Below, in pieces: positions 62,144 to 64,000 of a DNA stretch of 64,000 nucleotides. The DNA is from a bacterium (GTDB lineage: Bacteria > Electryoneota > Electryoneia > Electryoneales > Electryoneaceae): positions 320,001 through 384,000 of the forward strand of contig OY769902.1 of the NCBI GenBank assembly GCA_963669175.1. Direction: 5' to 3'. The notes under the pieces are model-generated. The model was not told the DNA's origin. It saw only the letters and a list, made by a program, of their open reading frames with translations, and searched no databases. The translations under genes and the position numbers were made by a program. Numbering within the stretch: position 1 is the first letter of the stretch; the number at the start of each line of letters is the position of its first letter.

Positions 62144-62357
62144 GTATCTACTCCACAATGGCATCATCCATGATGCGCTTTGACTCTTTGCCTAACAGGA
62201 TAGCAACTTCTTACTAATTGCTTAACAGGATATTAGGATAAAAGGATATTAAGGATAACTTCTTACTTCTTTTATATGGATATTTTGCATAACTAATAAC
62301 AAATGCTTCTTTCTCATTAACTTTAAATCTTGTCAACTTGCAAACTTTCAACTTTTT

Positions 62358-62531
62358 TCACTTACTACTTTTTTCACTTTTTTCACTTCGATGATCCTCA
62401 TCGATCAACATTCGCATCGATGGCGTATAATCATCATCATACTGGCCGTTCCGGACAGCCCAGAAGAACGCCGCCAGGAACCCCAACGCCAGCAGTAAAC
62501 TGACCCCCAGTAATAGAACTATGATCTCCAC
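62358..62531 (-). CDS. ccoS: cbb3 oxidase maturation protein (57 aa, not in ORF track)
   Basis: GTG start; MEIIVLLLGVSLLLALGFLAAFFWAVRNGQYDDDYTPSMRMLID... Confidence 0.9.
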   Translation of the reverse strand: MEIIVLLLGVSLLLALGFLAAFFWAVRNGQYDDDYTPSMRMLIDEDHRSEKSEKSSK

Positions 62532-62710
62532 GCCTATCTTTACCTCGCTAAGAGCAACCTTACAACATCTGACTCACAGGATATTAGGATGATAGGATGA
62601 AAAGGATAAACACAAAAATATATTGAAGTTAAAGATTAAAATATTTCTTTTAGCTTTAAAGAAATCCTTTATCCTTGATATCCTTCTATCCTACTATCCT
62701 GTTAGGCCGT

Positions 62711-64000
62711 CTATGAAAGCCCGGAGCGCCGAGCCTGCCACTGTGTCATGAAGGTGGCGAAGGCAACAACCGTGATTGAGCTGAGCGGCATCAGGATCGC
62801 CGACACCAACGGCGACAATTGCCCCGCGACCGCGAAGCCCAATCCTACAAGGTTGTAAGAAAGCGACAGGCCGAAGCCCATCAGAATCACCCGGGTCGCA
62901 CGTTTCGAGAACCGTAGCACCGTATCCAGCTTTTCCAGGCTGTGTGCGTCCAGCAGGGCGTCGCTTGACGGTGAAAACGCCGTCACATCGTCCGTAATCG
63001 CGATCCCAACATCCCCCGCCTTCAACGCACCCGCATCATTCAACCCATCCCCAATCATCAGCACCGTACGTCCGGAATCACGCAACGCTTCAATGAATGT
63101 CAGCTTGTCCGTGGGCGATTGACGAAACCGCATTTGTGTATCGGACGGAAAAAACTGCGCCAACGCGTTCTTCTCACGGTCCGTATCGCCGGACAGCAAC
63201 GCCAACTTGACCAATCCCGCGAGTCGGTCAATCAATCCCTGCAAACCCGGTCGCCAGTGCGTATCAAGGTGAAAATGGCCACGCGGTACACCATCAATCC
63301 CGATAAAGGTCGTGGTATACGATCCCAGCTCATCCCGTTGTGGTTGTTCACGATCATCATCAAACACCCACTCCGCAGCTCCGATCCGGATATGGTGTCC
63401 GTCCACCATAGCTTCCAACCCTAGCCCTGGATACTCGCCAAATTCAGTGATTTCCAGCGTAGCTACTCCATGCAGGGCAGCAGTAAGTTGCACACTGACC
63501 GGATGAGTGGAATGCTGGGTTACGGAACGGATCATCGTTTTTTCACGTTCCGACAGCTCTTCCCCGTGGAATTCCACACGTTTGGCGTCTGCTCGGCTCA
63601 ACGTGCCCGTTTTGTCAAAGACCACGGTATCAATTCGGGCCAGACGTTCGACCACGCCCGCGTTTTTCAGGTACAACCCGGTCCGCCCCAGCAACCGCAT
63701 AGCTGTGCCCAGAGTGAACGGTGTCGTTAGCGCCAACGCACAGGGACAGGCGACAATCAGCACTGCGGTGAAAATCCGTACCGCGTGCCCTGCGCCTTGT
63801 GGAATCCAGTAGATCAATGCCGCCAGCGCTATCGCCAGCACCCCGAACACGAAATACTTGCTCGCCTTGTTCGCCAGGGTTTCGTAGATATTTTCACGGT
63901 CCCGCGCGAAAGCGTCATGGTTCCACAAGCGTGTCAAATAGCTGCGACTGACCTTCTCCACTACTTCCAGCTCGACGACACCCCCGAGCTGACGCCCCCC
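62711..64000 (-). CDS. ccoI: Heavy-metal P1B-type ATPase for cbb3 assembly (5' partial)
   Basis: ACPCAL, DKTGT, STHP, GDGLNDA; upstream of ccoS and ccoNO. Confidence 0.9.
   Translation of the reverse strand, partial: GGRQLGGVVELEVVEKVSRSYLTRLWNHDAFARDRENIYETLANKASKYFVFGVLAIALAALIYWIPQGAGHAVRIFTAVLIVACPCALALTTPFTLGTAMRLLGRTGLYLKNAGVVERLARIDTVVFDKTGTLSRADAKRVEFHGEELSEREKTMIRSVTQHSTHPVSVQLTAALHGVATLEITEFGEYPGLGLEAMVDGHHIRIGAAEWVFDDDREQPQRDELGSYTTTFIGIDGVPRGHFHLDTHWRPGLQGLIDRLAGLVKLALLSGDTDREKNALAQFFPSDTQMRFRQSPTDKLTFIEALRDSGRTVLMIGDGLNDAGALKAGDVGIAITDDVTAFSPSSDALLDAHSLEKLDTVLRFSKRATRVILMGFGLSLSYNLVGLGFAVAGQLSPLVSAILMPLSSITVVAFATFMTQWQARRSGLS

Overview
A 64-kb window from a bacterial chromosome, about 50% GC by eye. 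Six exported proteins end in a 'PNPFN...GVYF' C-terminal sorting-type domain, and a fused ccoNO, DUF2723 and DUF4837 are present; together these suggest an FCB-group lineage (inference). The window holds: surface/secreted proteins (FG-GAP, LVIVD, Omp28-like, FN3 lipoproteins, beta-barrels); a polyamine cluster (XRE-cupin regulator, speD, pyruvoyl arginine decarboxylase, speE, speB); transporters; two GT-C/TPR glycosyltransferases; a DEAD-box helicase; tRNA-Ser(TGA); and a cbb3 oxidase cluster including the small ccoQ and ccoS genes missing from the ORF track. Two results stand out. (1) Two paralogous secreted Omp28/thioredoxin-like genes are truncated in the ORF track. Each actually starts upstream with an RBS and signal peptide, has an in-frame TGA at codon 36 in a U-x-x-C motif, and is followed by a SECIS-like hairpin, so both are candidate secreted selenoproteins. 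(2) An IS110/IS1111-type element sits in the loop of a dispersed palindromic repeat. Its 3' non-coding end carries two short segments matching both strands of the reconstructed target (a readable bridge/seekRNA target loop), its joined ends form TTGACT-N17-TATAAT, and an empty perfect target lies elsewhere in the window. Several MITE/REP-like repeat families are also present.
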